This document shows positions 23,321-36,113 of a DNA stretch of 64,000 nucleotides, piece after piece (position 1 is the first letter of the stretch; the number at the start of each line of letters is the position of its first letter). The notes under the pieces were generated by a model that worked only from the letters and a program-made list of their open reading frames with translations, searched no databases and was not told the origin of the DNA. The position numbers and the translations under genes are program-made. Origin of the DNA: Callorhinchus milii (lineage: Eukaryota); contig NW_024704742.1 of NCBI RefSeq assembly GCF_018977255.1, forward strand, positions 51,028,001 to 51,092,000, read 5' to 3'.

Positions 23321-26300
23321 GCAAGGAGAGAGACAGTAGGCGATTTGGAAATGGCTTTCGGGCCGATTGAAATCATCCACCAAGCGGGATGCTAGAGAAC
23401 ACATTTTGGACAGTGTGTTCCTCTCTTATTGGCAGTAGCAGCTTCGAGCAGCTTTTGTTCCTCCAGCATTTCTTCAAGTATTTTTGTTTTCTCATATCGA
23501 CTTTGATTAATAATTTCAGGTCCTCAACCTGTTTGTATTTGGAGTAGATAACTCTGTAATCACCCTAGTTTCAAGCACAGCTCTGACCGTGGGCTTTCTT
23601 TGCAATGGAAATTTTCCTTATTCTCAACATTTCTGAATTTTTTTCTAATTCTCCCTCTTTGAAACCCTCAGATTTTAAACAATTGTCTCAAAAAGATTTA
23701 GGCTTGTCGTGTTATAAGTTTCTCAAATGATTTCCAACTAATCTTATTATATCTATTAGCCTTGTACACAATTCTCCCACAATATTGTGTTAACTCACCA
23801 ATTTTCAAACTATTTACAAGTAATTTAGAATTATTTGGCTATGCTCTGCCTTTGCCAACTCTGTTCAGAACAAACACCTTTAAAATTTACTAACTTTACT
23901 TGCTAGTTTACTGAATATTTTTGATTTTACAGACTAGTACGTACACTCAACACAAAATATTTAACGTTATTTATCACTTTGTTTAAATATTTTCTGTGTT
24001 ATTTCTCAGATATCAGCTGCTTCTTTTAGCAGCACAAGGATTTAACTGTATGTGGGTTTCAGAAGAACCTGCCTGGAGCAGTCAGCAAGCAAATCAGTCG
24101 TGGGACGAATTGTGATTAAACCTTAGTATTTTACTGTAATTTAAAACAATATTCTGTTAACCTCACCCTTCCCTTCTAATACAATTAATTGAAAAGTAAA
24201 ATGATTTTTCATCCGAATACATAAACTATTTCAGTTGGAACTTTGCCCAATGTTCTCCAGTTCAGAAATGACGCCAAATGAAGTTAAACAAATGAATGAA
24301 TATATGTGGATCTCAACATGTTTTAAAAGCATACTTCCTGCTGTGACCTGTGCATTCGTGACTAAAGCGATTAGGAATGCTGCCATTTTGCAAACAGTGT
24401 AAAGCAGCTTGTACATACAGCTCTGTGCTGACAGTCAGTGACCTGCTGCCTTTCAGACCTGTGATCTGAAGCTGCAGTACATCACAGTGCAGTACATTAC
24501 CTGAGATCTTGTCCCCTGTTGTGTAGATCACAGTGAAGTGTGGACTTGCTTTGGATGCCTTGTGGGTTTCTAGTCCTGATACTTCCCTCTTTTATCCTTT
24601 GTCAAAATAACACAACTCACTTCCTCAAATGGCGTAACCCAAAATAAGCCGCCAGTAATGCAATAGGATGTGTAAATGTACAGTGTGCACAGAAATCCAG
24701 TAGTTGACAGACAGCCAGGTTCTTGTTGCTAGGGGAAGAGGTGACTAACAGAAAAGTTCCTCTTTTTGCTTATTCTGCAATTTCTGCATTTCAGCTTTGT
24801 ACTGCACCCTTAAAATAGCCTTTCCTGCCCAGTTGATTGAGTGCATCTAGTTGTTCTCATCTACTTGTTGTGGACACTGCTGTGCGCAATTGGTTGCTGT
24901 GTTTCGCCCACAAAATATAGTCAATTCACTTTACAGTATAATCTGTGAAGTGCTTTGAGACATCTCGAAGATGTGATAAGGCGCAATATAGAGTGAAAGC
25001 ACCGCAATCCTGTCAGGAAAACCTGGAAGAGATATGTCAAGCCTGTCCTCATTGATGTGATCCAACATGTCACTGATGAATACATTGAATAAGGTGAGAA
25101 TGAGTCTACCATCACCCTTACATGGATCTTAGAGCTTGAAATCCATTCCATTGTTAAGTATTCCTGATAAAATCCAAGATTTACCCATGTATTCCCATGG
25201 CTTCCAGTTTCATCATGAGTTTCATCATGAGGCCTTGCGGAAATCGATAAAGGTCTTATGACGTTCCCTGATCTCATACAAAGTCTCATACAACCTGTTC
25301 CACACATTCCTAACAAGAACAGAATCCAGCCTGTTTCTTCCTAATCAAATCATTAGCCTCCAATGTGTGCGATATATGAGCAGTGACGATTCAAAGCACC
25401 ACCTTGAGAGCCATTGAAATCAGCGAGATCCCTCTGGAGTTCTATCTGGAAACACTGACAGAGTGCATACCTCAAAGAGTCCTGTTGACTAGCATTAGGA
25501 GGGCAGCTACCAGGCAAGTTGGCTGTTTCTGGGTTCAAAGGTCTAGAAGATCCTTTCTGTTCACTAATCCCACCCTCAGAACAGAGTTTTAGGAACTTAG
25601 CATTAATGCCAGCTGAACCCGTTGTCTTATTAATGATAAGGCATTGAGTCTATCTCCTCCCAACGGACTGGGTAATTAGAGCTTTTGAATTGCCTCACAT
25701 TTCTCACCAGCTCTTCCACCCTCCATGAATCTCTGCAATCGCCAGATCATTTCAATATATCCCAGCAATTATCAGAATATACGAACATAGAGTAGCGGAT
25801 GTATATTTAATACAACCAACTTGGCATATGGTGGTTGTATTAAATATACATTCGTTAAAAGATGATGCTAAAATATGATGAATTCCCAGAATATTGTTAA
25901 ATGTAAATAATAACAGCTACAAATTACATTTGTACAGTGCCTTTCACATTTGGAGGTCATCCCAAGGCGCTGGACAGTCAGGGATTTGGACCCAAGTAGG
26001 AGGTTGGGATGAGGAAGAGTAGAGGGCAGGGAGGTTAGGGGTAGGAGAGTGACTGAAGGCGCGGTCGAAGAGAAGGGTCTTGAAACGGGCCATTAAGGAG
26101 GCAAGGGAGGGATTAAGATGAAGGGACTGTGGAATGGAGTTCCAAAGGGTGGGGGCCGAGAGGCTGAAGCAAAAAATATAATTGGTTTAGGAAGATCCTT
26201 CAAATATCTCAGAGTTGATATCAATTTGATACCAATTTAATACCAAAACTGGTTATAAGCCACTGTACGCCATGTCTCCGATTCAGATTAAAAATTATTA

Positions 26301-27449
26301 ATCATTTAGATAATGTGTACAAGCAAATTATTTCTGTGGAGAGACTGTCACCAATTGGTTGAAATTATTTTACCCTGAAAGCGTTTAGCAGTTAAAACAA
26401 TAAGATTCCACGAGTGGATGATAACTCTGGATCAACAATAAATTGCATTTATATAGCATGTTTCACATCCGGAGGATAACTCAATGCAGGTTATTGTTGT
26501 GGTTGTTATTGTTGATAATGTTGATATCGAATGAGACTTAAGGCTGTTAATTGACTTAACCTCCGTGGGGTAGCAAATGGTGTCTCCTTGGAGCTGAACT
26601 GGCTCCAAGGTGACATGCCTGGCAATGGAATGTTGGAATTGAGCCAACCCTCTGTGGTGGTCTCAGTAGTCCAGTCCTGAGCCAGGCGGGTCCCCAGTAT
26701 TCGCATTTCGCCCACAAATGCACAGTCAATTCACTTTACAGTCCATTCTGTGAAGCGCTTTGAGACGTCTAGAAGACGTGAAAAGCGCTATATCAAATGC
26801 AAGGATGATGATTCCAGGGCACTACTGATGACAGGACAGCAGGTCTGGCTCATCATCACGACTTGGAAAGGCAGACGAGTCACTGGGGACAGGGAATGTT
26901 AACTCAGCAAACCAAAACCCTAACGGGTAGGGTGGTCCTAGCTGGACAAGCAGCAGGAGAGCTTGCCAGACAGCGATATCAATGGAAAGCTATGAGGTTT
27001 TAACTGGTTAGATTCCAGCAGTACCCTAATGCACACTCTGAGAGCCCCAAGCCTTGGCTCTTGCCAACCTGTGCCTAATACTTCCCAAAATTAGGTAAGC
27101 AGGATGCTTCCCTCCAAGGAGAGAGTGTGCATTCCATTCCAACAATCTATCGCTGGAGTTTTCATGTGTAGATGGGATGTATGGAAATCTCAGCTTGGTT
27201 TGGTTTCTGTATGTGTCAGACATCCGGTTGAAAAAAAAACCTTAATTGACTCATCACTCACTATGTCAAAACAGCATGAGGCAACCAAAAACAAAGCAAT
27301 CAGGAAGCCAAATCAGTTTGGCAATACATTAAGGGATATGTGAAGAAAGCGGGAAATTAGAATTGAAAGGATTGGTTGAGGTACAGATCAGCCATGATCT
27401 AATTAAATAGCCGAACCGGCTCGAAGGGCTGAACGGCTTCCTCTTGTTC

Positions 27450-29560
27450 CTATGTTCCCCTCCCTTATCCACTTCCTTACTCTTCCCAACTCCCCCCCAC
27501 CACCCTCCATGGTCAATTCTCCCCCAGAGCCTAAACCTCTCCCTCTGTCTCCGAAGCCGAAACGCCACCCGCTCACTCACTCGCATTTCTCTCCAAAATA
27601 TCTGCTCTCTCTTAAATAAATAAAGCCCTCATGATCCATAACCTCATCCTGGATGAGCACATTGACATACTTGGGCTCACAAAAACTTGGCTGTCCCCCT
27701 GTGCCCCTGATCGAAGCCTCCCCCCCCATTCCCCGGCTACACTTTTCACCACACCTATTGCCCAAGCCGATATGGCGGCGGGGTGGCCCTTATCTCCCAA
27801 AGCTCCCAAACTTCCCTCGCTCTATTCCCCTATTCCTCCGGCTCCTTCCCTTCTTTTGAACACTTGACCCTGTACCATTCTCCCTTTCCTTCAAAACCCT
27901 CCTCATTTATCGTCCTCCCAAACCACCTAGTTCCTTCATCCCTGGCACCTCCCTACCTCAGAGATCTGCTTACCCCACCATCTACTAGATGAAGCCCACC
28001 ACCTGCTGCCTTGACCCCGTCCCCACCCAGCTGCTGGTCTCCCAACTCCTCCTCCTCTCCCGGCAGCTGGCCGACAGTCAACTAGTCTCTCTCCTCAGGC
28101 TTTGTTCCTCCCCCCCTTAAAACCGCTGTCATCATTCTCCTCCTTAAAAGCCCACCATTGACACCCTCCAAACTCACAAATTACCAATCCATTTCCAACC
28201 TGCCTTTCCTTGCCAAAGGTCTGGAATGAGTTGTCGCTAACCAATTTGCTCCATTCCCTCCTCGAGCCTTTGCAATCTGGTCTTCTCCCTGGTCACAGCA
28301 CAGAGACAGCACTTATCAATGTCAGAAATGACATCCTCTCTCTTTGTGACCAGGGCTCCCTCTGTCTCCTCGTCCTCCTGGACCTCTCCGCCACGTTCGA
28401 CACAGTTGATCACACCATCCTCATCCACCGCCTCTCCTACTTCATCCACCTCAGTGAAACTGCACTAGCTTAGCTCGAGTCCTACCAAACAAAACCACCT
28501 CCACATTATCTCCTCAAACAGTTTCTCCTCCCGCCACCCCCCACCGGTCACCGATGGTGAACTCCAGGGTTCCATCCTTTGCCCTCTCCTCTTCCTTATC
28601 TACATGCTCCCTCTTGGAAATATCATCTGTAGACATGGGGTAAACTTCCACATGTATGTGGATGACACACAAATCTAATTCTCCTGCTCCAGCTGCAACT
28701 CCAGATCCGCTGATGTTGTGGACATCAGGGCCTGGATGGGTGAAAACTTCCTACAACTAAATGTTGACAAGATGGAATCCATACACATTGGCTCCCATCA
28801 ACGTCTTCCAACCTGTCATTCTGATCTCCTCAACCTTTCCGGCCTATCCCTCAGACTTACCGAACCAGTGTGCAAACTAGGTGTCAGGTTCAACCCACAT
28901 CTATCCTTCCTTCCCCACATTCGTTTTCTGTGTAGAGAACCGCCTTCCTCTACTTCAGCTACATTACCCATCTCCGACCGTACCTTACCCCAGATGCAGC
29001 CGAAACAAATTGATGCATTCGTCTCCTCCCGACTCGACTTCTCAAATGCCCGCTTTGCCGGTTTCCCCAGCTCCACCATGCACAAGATCCAGCTTATCCA
29101 AAACTCCACTGCCCGCAAACTCACCTGTACTAAACTCCGTAACCCCATCACACCAGTTCTAGCTAGGCTCCACAGGCTCCCTATCACTGAATGAATCAAT
29201 TTTAATATCCTCACATTTGTTTTCAAATCCCTTCATTCCCTGCTTCCAACCTGCTTACCCTCCAACCGACAACCTGCTGCCTCTGCTCAACTGGCTCCGG
29301 CCTTCTGCATGTCCCTCGTGACCTTCGTTCCACCACTGGTGGTTGCGCTTTCATCCACTATGCCCCGAAACTCTGAAACACTCTTCCTCTTTCCCTCCGC
29401 CTTGCCCCTTCCTTCCCCATCTTCAGGTCGTGCCTGAAGACTTTCCTCTTCAACCGTGAATACTATTGCCTGCCCCTCACCCCAGTTCGCCACTGTGCTC
29501 TGCCACTGTCAAGTGCTCTGGGACTCTACCCTGTGTGAGGGGTGCTATATAAATGCAATC
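27450..29560 (+). mobile_element. Degraded L2 LINE (endonuclease remnant, RT, 3' tail)
   Basis: IDILGLTKTWL, QSGLLPGHSTETAL, LLDLSATFDTVDH, AWMGENFLQLN and SRLDFSN peptides with frameshifts. Confidence 0.9.
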
Positions 29561-29860
29561 GGGCTGTAACCATCCTCTATGATAACTTCCTTCAGTTTGC
29601 CCTAAAATTGCCGTTCACAAGTTGTCGTTGTTGTTGTTGTTGCTGATGCCCTTCTAGTCACAAGCTAAACATTGCCAACAGAACATTCTGACATCACACT
29701 GTATTTGGAATTTAATTTTAATGCATTTTATTGTGACTACTTTTGAATGACATTAAATTGTCTTTGGTACAGTATCTTAAGCATGCAATGTTGACATTTA
29801 TATGGTGCTGATTCAATTACATATACAAATAGCTTGCATAAATTTCTGATATTAATAGGC

Positions 29861-30033
29861 CTACCATTTAGGCCATTCCTTTATTGTTTTGTAGAGAGAG
29901 TTTCCAGGACAAGTTGTTTCCCCCAAATCCCTATGGCCTTTCAGTGTGTAGTGGGATACCAGGTAATTTTTGGAAATGGCACACTTTATCAATTTTGTGG
30001 CAGCAATCACCGCAAGGTTGTTAGGAGAATCTT
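29861..30033 (-). CDS. PGRP-B last coding exon (KDSPNNLAVIAATKLIKCAISKNYLVSHYTLKGHRDLGETTCPGNSLYKTIKEWPKW*)
   Basis: ttggttgcag acceptor; GHR and TTCPG motifs; minus-strand AATAAA at 29727-29732. Confidence 0.93.
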
Positions 30034-30512
30034 CTGCAACCAAACAAAGACACTTTCTTATGAAACTGAATGATTCACTAAAAGGAGAAACAATACATTC
30101 ACAAAATATTGCAAGAGATCCAAATGAAGAGGCTTTTCCTTTCAGAATATCAACCCTTCTGTTGTCCCATTACAGCATCACAGGGTTTCTTGAATGAATG
30201 CAGTAACCGGGCTGTAAACATCCTTTGTGGTAACTTATTCCAGTGGCTACATACCTTTAGTGTGCCCTAAAATTGCCATTCACAAATATGAGCTTATGTG
30301 TGTTTGTGATTTTAAAGTCAATAGTAATTGTCCAATTACTGTAAACACAATTTTTGATGCATGGAGACATCCACAAACTGATGTTAATATAATATGACAC
30401 TGAAGGGATCAGCAAGCATTTCACTTTTAAGTAACCAGTATTATTATATAAAACATCCTCACATTATGATGGTGCAAATTGTACGATAATATGTACAAAG
30501 ATATTTACTCAC

Positions 30513-30631
30513 TCATAAAGTTCCCCATGAACGCTATTCCAAAGCTGAGATGATTGAATTGAGGAGTGTGGGCTCCCGATTTGTTCCATCCACGACCTTC
30601 ATAGATGTTCCCATCTTCTCCAATAAGGAAA
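30513..30631 (-). CDS. PGRP-B middle exon ([40 protein letters not shown])
   Basis: 119 nt with the same splice sites and phases as the PGRP-A exon at 13965-14083. Confidence 0.95.
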
Positions 30632-31589
30632 CTGAATAAAAGAGAGAGAGGAAGACAATAATGAGTTCAATGCTGACTACCTTCACTATCTTTGCACCTT
30701 TATGAAATAGGGAAAGAGAAATGAGAAAGATCATTCCAGCCATTGAGCCCACTGCTTTCACAGACCAGCCAAACTGTGCCATTGCCTTTATTCCATCTAC
30801 TTTATTTTCTGAGGAAACTGCAATGTTTTATGAGGAGACAATGGTGGATCTCAGGATCCTGAAGTCATTTAAGTAAAGGTTTGATGCTGTAATGGCAGGA
30901 TGGTACTGTGGGTATTCTGGAAGATGAGATCAAATGTGCTTAAGTTCCTACTCCATCTAAACCAATCTTATGTAATCAAAATCAAATATCTTGATTATGT
31001 TTATATAATCCATGCTGTAGGCCCTGCCCCAGCTCCCACCCTATTCTGTGACAGGGTAGGGTGGTAGGCTATGACATGGCCCTCCAATAGACCAAAGGCC
31101 TGTGCGACATCTGAGCATGTGTGCTCAACCTCTGCTGAGCACCTGCACTAGTCACAGTGCCCCCTGTGGCCACGGAATCTAAGCCTAACTGGTCATTCCG
31201 GATAACTATTTGCTGAGCTCTTTTTCCTTGGAGTGACAAGTTATCAAGTGTTTACTACACTTAAAGATTTGAATTAAAGCCCTCGCTCCTAACCTTCTTT
31301 TTCCCATGGAAACAAGTTCAACTCTATGAATCTCCACTCATAACTCCATTCAAACTCCAGGATTAATCCTTGTGAACAAACCAATAAATGAACAAATGCC
31401 CTGTTTAATGCAAATTGAATGTATTGCTGGATACAAAATGGCCACAATTTGTTCTAGAATGAGATGTTAAACCCAGCTCCTGTCTGCCTGTTCTTCAGAG
31501 GGGTATTAAAAGTTATCCTACTTGAGAGGGAAGGAAGTTTCCCTTCATGCGTTTCCCAACAATTCTACAAATTAATTGACCATTCATAT

Positions 31590-32205
31590 CATGGCCAGTG
31601 GAGGCTGGCAAGAACTGGTGTGATGGGGGTGCAGAGTTTTGTGTGGGTGAGTATCTGAGTGGTAGAGTGTTGGATTATTTGAATTTTGTGGATGGTGGAG
31701 CTGGGGAGACCAGTGAGGAGAGCATTGGAATATTTGCGTAGTGATGAAGGCATGGACAAGGTTTTCAGCTATGTTGGTTGTGAGGTACGGATGGAGGTGG
31801 GCAATGTAATTGGGGTGGACAAATGTGGTCCTGGTCAGGGAATGGATGTGGGGTAGAAAGGAAAGATGGGGATCAAAACTGACGCCTAAATTGCGCATGG
31901 GTTCGGAGAATCTGAGGGAGAGCCCAGGGAGGTTGAGGAGTTCAAACCCGCAGGAAAGAAGACATTGACGGAAGCCAAAGAGTGTGACTTCTATCTTGCC
32001 GACATCCAGCTTCAAGAAATTCATGCTCATCCAGGCCTTCATGTCCGCCATACAAGCTGACAGAACATCAGCGGACTGGGAGTCGCAGCTCGACGAGAAG
32101 TAGTTTGGGTATCATCCGCCTACATGTGGAAGTTGTCTGCGGATGATATCGCCGAGAGGGAGCATGTATATAAGGAAAAGAAGGGGGCCTAGGCTGGAGC
32201 CTTAA
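31590..32205 (-). mobile_element. L2 RT fragment in a PGRP-B intron
   Basis: KAWMSMNFLKLDVGK and RNLGVSFDPHLSF peptides. Confidence 0.85.
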
Positions 32206-33499
32206 GGTTTATATGTGGTGAAACCTGACTTGCAATGAGTCATGATTGATGATACCCAGACAATGGTTGAGGATGTGATTAGTTGACAAGACATTTCCAT
32301 TCTCTGGCATCAAAATGTGTAACTAGGAAACAAGCCTGTAGACCAAGCAGTGAGTATGATTCAATGTAAACAATGATATTTAAGAAAATGCACACATTAT
32401 TGTTCTTAAAGTGGAATCAAATTCAGTAAACTTGGCAAAGTTCACTAGGTTATTTGGGGGAAGAGCTGCAATGGATTCACATGATTGCATTTACAATGCA
32501 CAGATTTATCTCAACCTGTATTCAGCTTTGAAAATCACAGCTTCAATCAACTATTGTCAGCAGTATTGGACTTGCAGAAGAAGAGACCAGCGGGTCATTC
32601 TCTGTGATGGAAAGTGTCAACTGAGATCACCAATTTTAAATGATGACCACCCCGACCACGCCACCTCCCCACCCCCGCCCCCCGCGCCCCACACACACAT
32701 ACTCTTCCAACAAAATAATGTAACTTTCAAATATTGAAACACCTTTTTTTGCTATCACAAATATAATTTAAGGTATGGCTCAATGTATTTTTTCTTTAGA
32801 GGGAAGCTGTAAAGAGGCAAATGCCTCCAAGATTTTATTTTCCCTTTAATTATGACATGGAAATCAAACAAGCTATAATTTATCAAGGGTGCAAACTAAC
32901 TCCCTTTACAGTACATTGTGATATTGCCTTAAGCATTTTGAAACATTTTCCCAACATGAAAGCACAGATGTATTTAAATTGTATTGCATTGTAGCAAGCT
33001 TTCAGTAATAAATGAACTTGTCACCAGAAGCCTGATTCATATTTTCTGCTCTCATCACATTGGCTACGGGCAGTCAATAACTAACACACTATTTTGAAAT
33101 TGGGTGTGAGTTGTTGCTACTGAGGAATCAATGCCATGACTGACTCTTTAACAAAATTAAGGAATCATCCAGAGAACAGCCAAGATTTGAAAAGGAGAAC
33201 AAATCCAATGGCTACACAATGTTGCATTTACAGTGCACCAATTTATCCAACTTGGATTCAGCTTTGAATATCACAGTAATTGTCCCAAAGAATATGTACA
33301 ATATGTGCACAGTACAAAATACTATTCTTCTCACTACACAGAAAATTGCTATGTTGTCTGTAGTTCTTTACTTTATTTTGCACATAAAACAGAATGGGCC
33401 TGACAGCCAAAGACAAATAAAATTACAAGGTTAATTAAAAGTTTACTCACTACAATTTTATCTTTACCCAATCCCATACTTTTTAAGCAACATAGCTTC

Positions 33500-33832
33500 A
33501 TAATATTCTTGCATTTGATATAGCGCCTTATCATGTCTTCAAGACATCTCAAAGCTCTTCACAAGATATACTGTAAAGTGAATTGACTGTATATTTTGTG
33601 GGCGAAACGCAACAGCCAATTGTGCACAGCAGTGTCCTACAAACAGTCGTGGATTGAAGTGACCAACCTATTATTTGTTTTGAAGAAATTATTACAACCG
33701 GAAAAGCAATCCGCCAATCGACTAACAACTGGGTTCCTACTTACTACTAAGTAAATAGAGGCGTGTGAAGTAAGGAAACTTGCCCAACATTTCGCCCTGC
33801 CAGGAAACAAACCCAGGTCTCCTGCTTGCGAA
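33500..33832 (-). mobile_element. tRNA-derived SINE, long subfamily (5' truncated)
   Basis: Homologous to 16385-16760. Confidence 0.8.
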
Positions 33833-33839
33833 ATACAAG

Positions 33840-34420
33840 TGTATAGGGCTTCATATCAAAAGGGATAGAATATGTAATGTTCAATTTGTACAAAACCTTG
33901 GTTAGACACATTTGAACTATGTCCTGTATCCAGTTCTGTCTCCACACTATATGAAGGATAAAACAACAATAGAAAGAGTATAGTGTAGGTTCACTAGGAT
34001 GATACCAGGGTTGGCAGATTACTATCATCAGCATAGACTGGATAGGTTAGCCTTTCTTCATTAGAGAAGAGACGTTTAAGGGGGAAGCTGATCGAGGTGT
34101 TTAAAATTATAAAATGCTTTGATAAGATTCACATAAATAGACTGTTTCCGCTATAATCAGGAGACACAAGTATAAGATAGCAACTATGGAATCTAAAAGA
34201 ATATAGGAGGAACACACAGTGGATAGAGAGATTGTGGAACTGGTTACCTTAAGCGGCAGTTGAATCAGATATTATAGATGCATTCAAGAGGAAGCTAGAC
34301 CTTCAATGAGGGAGAGGTAAACAGAATGGATTGGGAGGGAATAAGGAGTGGGTGGAGACTCATGAGGATTATAGATACTAGCATGGACTGATTGGACCGA
34401 GTGGCTTATTTTTATGCTTT
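33840..34420 (+). mobile_element. CR1-clade LINE 3' fragment
   Basis: ttgtacaaaaccttggttagac, agagaagagacgtttaaggggg...gaggtgtttaaaat and a ttggaccgagtggc tail typical of CR1 ORF2 ends. Confidence 0.75.
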
Positions 34421-34539
34421 ACCTTTTTAAAGATACTGTGGCGTTAGGAGGTTAAAAGCTGTCTGTGTATACGGAATGCACACTATATTTAAGGAACCTA
34501 GGACATTAGATAAACGAGTGAATTTTGTGAGTCAGATCA

Positions 34540-34935
34540 GCCTAGTGTAGTTGGCTGCACTCTTGCTTCTGGTTAGAATATTGTGGACTCAAGCCCCACA
34601 TTGGATTTTGAGCTCATCATCTTGAATGACATCGCAGTGCTAGGGGAATGCAACATTGTCAGAGGTGTCATCCTTGAGAAGTTAAAAGGTTCTGTCTGCC
34701 TGTTCAGGTGGATGTTGAAGATCCCATGGCACTATTTGAAAAGAGAAGGGATTTTCTCCCGACGTCCTGGCCAACAATCCCCCAAATAAAATTGGTCACT
34801 CACTTCATGGCTGTTTATAGGACAATGCTGTATGCAAAATTGTGCGCTGGTTCTCCTCCAATCACATAGACATCACTCTACACTTTGAGACAGTTTGACA
34901 ATCTGATAAGGTGCATGTAAACGCAAGTGTTATTA
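34540..34935 (+). mobile_element. DeuSINE-like SINE (tRNA head, Deu-domain-like core)
   Basis: Core ctgtctgcctgttcaggtggatgttgaagatcccatggcactatttgaa...gtcctggccaaca; related pieces at about 19440, 31470, 38400-38760 (-) and 56820. Confidence 0.65.
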
Positions 34936-35144
34936 TTACATTATATAATTCTTAAAGGGATTTCTCAATTAGGAAATACTGCATTAAGAAATACCACAAA
35001 ACTGACCTCGTAGAGCGTCGCCCACTTTATTCATTCAATCATTTCAACACAAAATTAGGAGTCATAAAACACAAAGCATAAAACAGAAAAATCTTGCAAT
35101 GCTTATTCACAATTAAAACAAAGAAATTCCTTGTAGGAACCTAC

Positions 35145-35346
35145 TTGTAACAAATATCACACCAGTGGTGAACACTTATGTGATTTTTCTGGATAATTTG
35201 GAGCTCACGCTTGCACGTTGTCTTGTGGAAGCAACGTTTGCCAGAAGTGTGATGAATCACAATGAAGGGTTCTGGCTTCTCCAGGGCTATGTTGCATTGA
35301 GAAGGAATGTTTGTCCAATCAGAATGTTTTATAATCCGTGGGCAGC
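35145..35346 (-). CDS. PGRP-B first domain exon (GCPRIIKHSDW...IVIHHTSG...WCDICY)
   Basis: 202 nt, ctttatag acceptor, AA|gtaggt donor; PGRP motifs. Confidence 0.93.
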
Positions 35347-35804
35347 CTATAAAGAGCACAGATACCGACAAATGAACATTAAAGTCAAATTCAAAATCAA
35401 CACTTATGAAGGTCTCACAATCCAAAACACATCTAAATGACAGAAGGTGCTCTTGTTGTATGAATACAAATAAATATCTATTAATTATCAGGCTTTAATA
35501 TTAAATTGCAGAGGTCAGTAAATCATTTCAAATCATTGCAACACACCAATTTGCATTTACACAGCCAGTGGCAGAGCATGATGCCGAGCTGGGGGGGAGG
35601 TGACCGTAAGCACGTCGAAGAGGAAGGTCTTTAGGAGTGACCTGAAGATGGGGAAAGAGGGGGCAAGGAGGAGGGTTTGAGGGAGAGAGGTTCAGAGTTT
35701 GTATATAATATATATATAGTATATATAGTTTCAATACAGGTTCAATAGTTTGCAGGAAACTAGTTGTTTGGCTTTGGTGAGGTTCCTGCAAATGAGCTTC
35801 TTAC

Positions 35805-35850
35805 CTTGCACTGCCAAGAGGATTCCAGAAATCAGAAGGAGCAGCTTCAT
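35805..35850 (-). CDS. PGRP-B signal-peptide exon (MKLLLLISGILLAVQG); spliced protein about 179 aa
   Basis: ATG in aaaATGa context just after a tgtttcag acceptor (implies an upstream 5' UTR exon); hydrophobic 15-aa leader; G|gtaag phase-1 donor matches the next exon; 46+202+119+173=540 nt open frame. Confidence 0.88.
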
Positions 35851-35999
35851 TTTCTGAAACAAATACAGAAACAATTCAAAAGGGAGCCTTGAAAACGCAA
35901 TATTTTCTTTATAAAAAGGCAATAGAATTTTTTCTGGTCACATGCAGAAATCCATGACTATGCTTAAGAGTACCCAAACCAGACTGAGAGTTTCACAAA

Positions 36000-36113
36000 A
36001 CACAAAATACTGCAGATGTTGAAAATCTGAAACAAAAACAGAAGTCGCTGTGAACACTCAGCAGGTCAGGCAGCATCTATGGAGAAAGGAAAGTGAGTCA
36101 ATGTTTCAGGTCC
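36000..36113 (+). mobile_element. MER6-like short repeat (aaatactgcagatg...ctcagcaggtcaggcagcatc)
   Basis: Same family as the 83-bp insertion at 21177-21259; resembles, from memory, an abundant chondrichthyan repeat. Confidence 0.6.
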
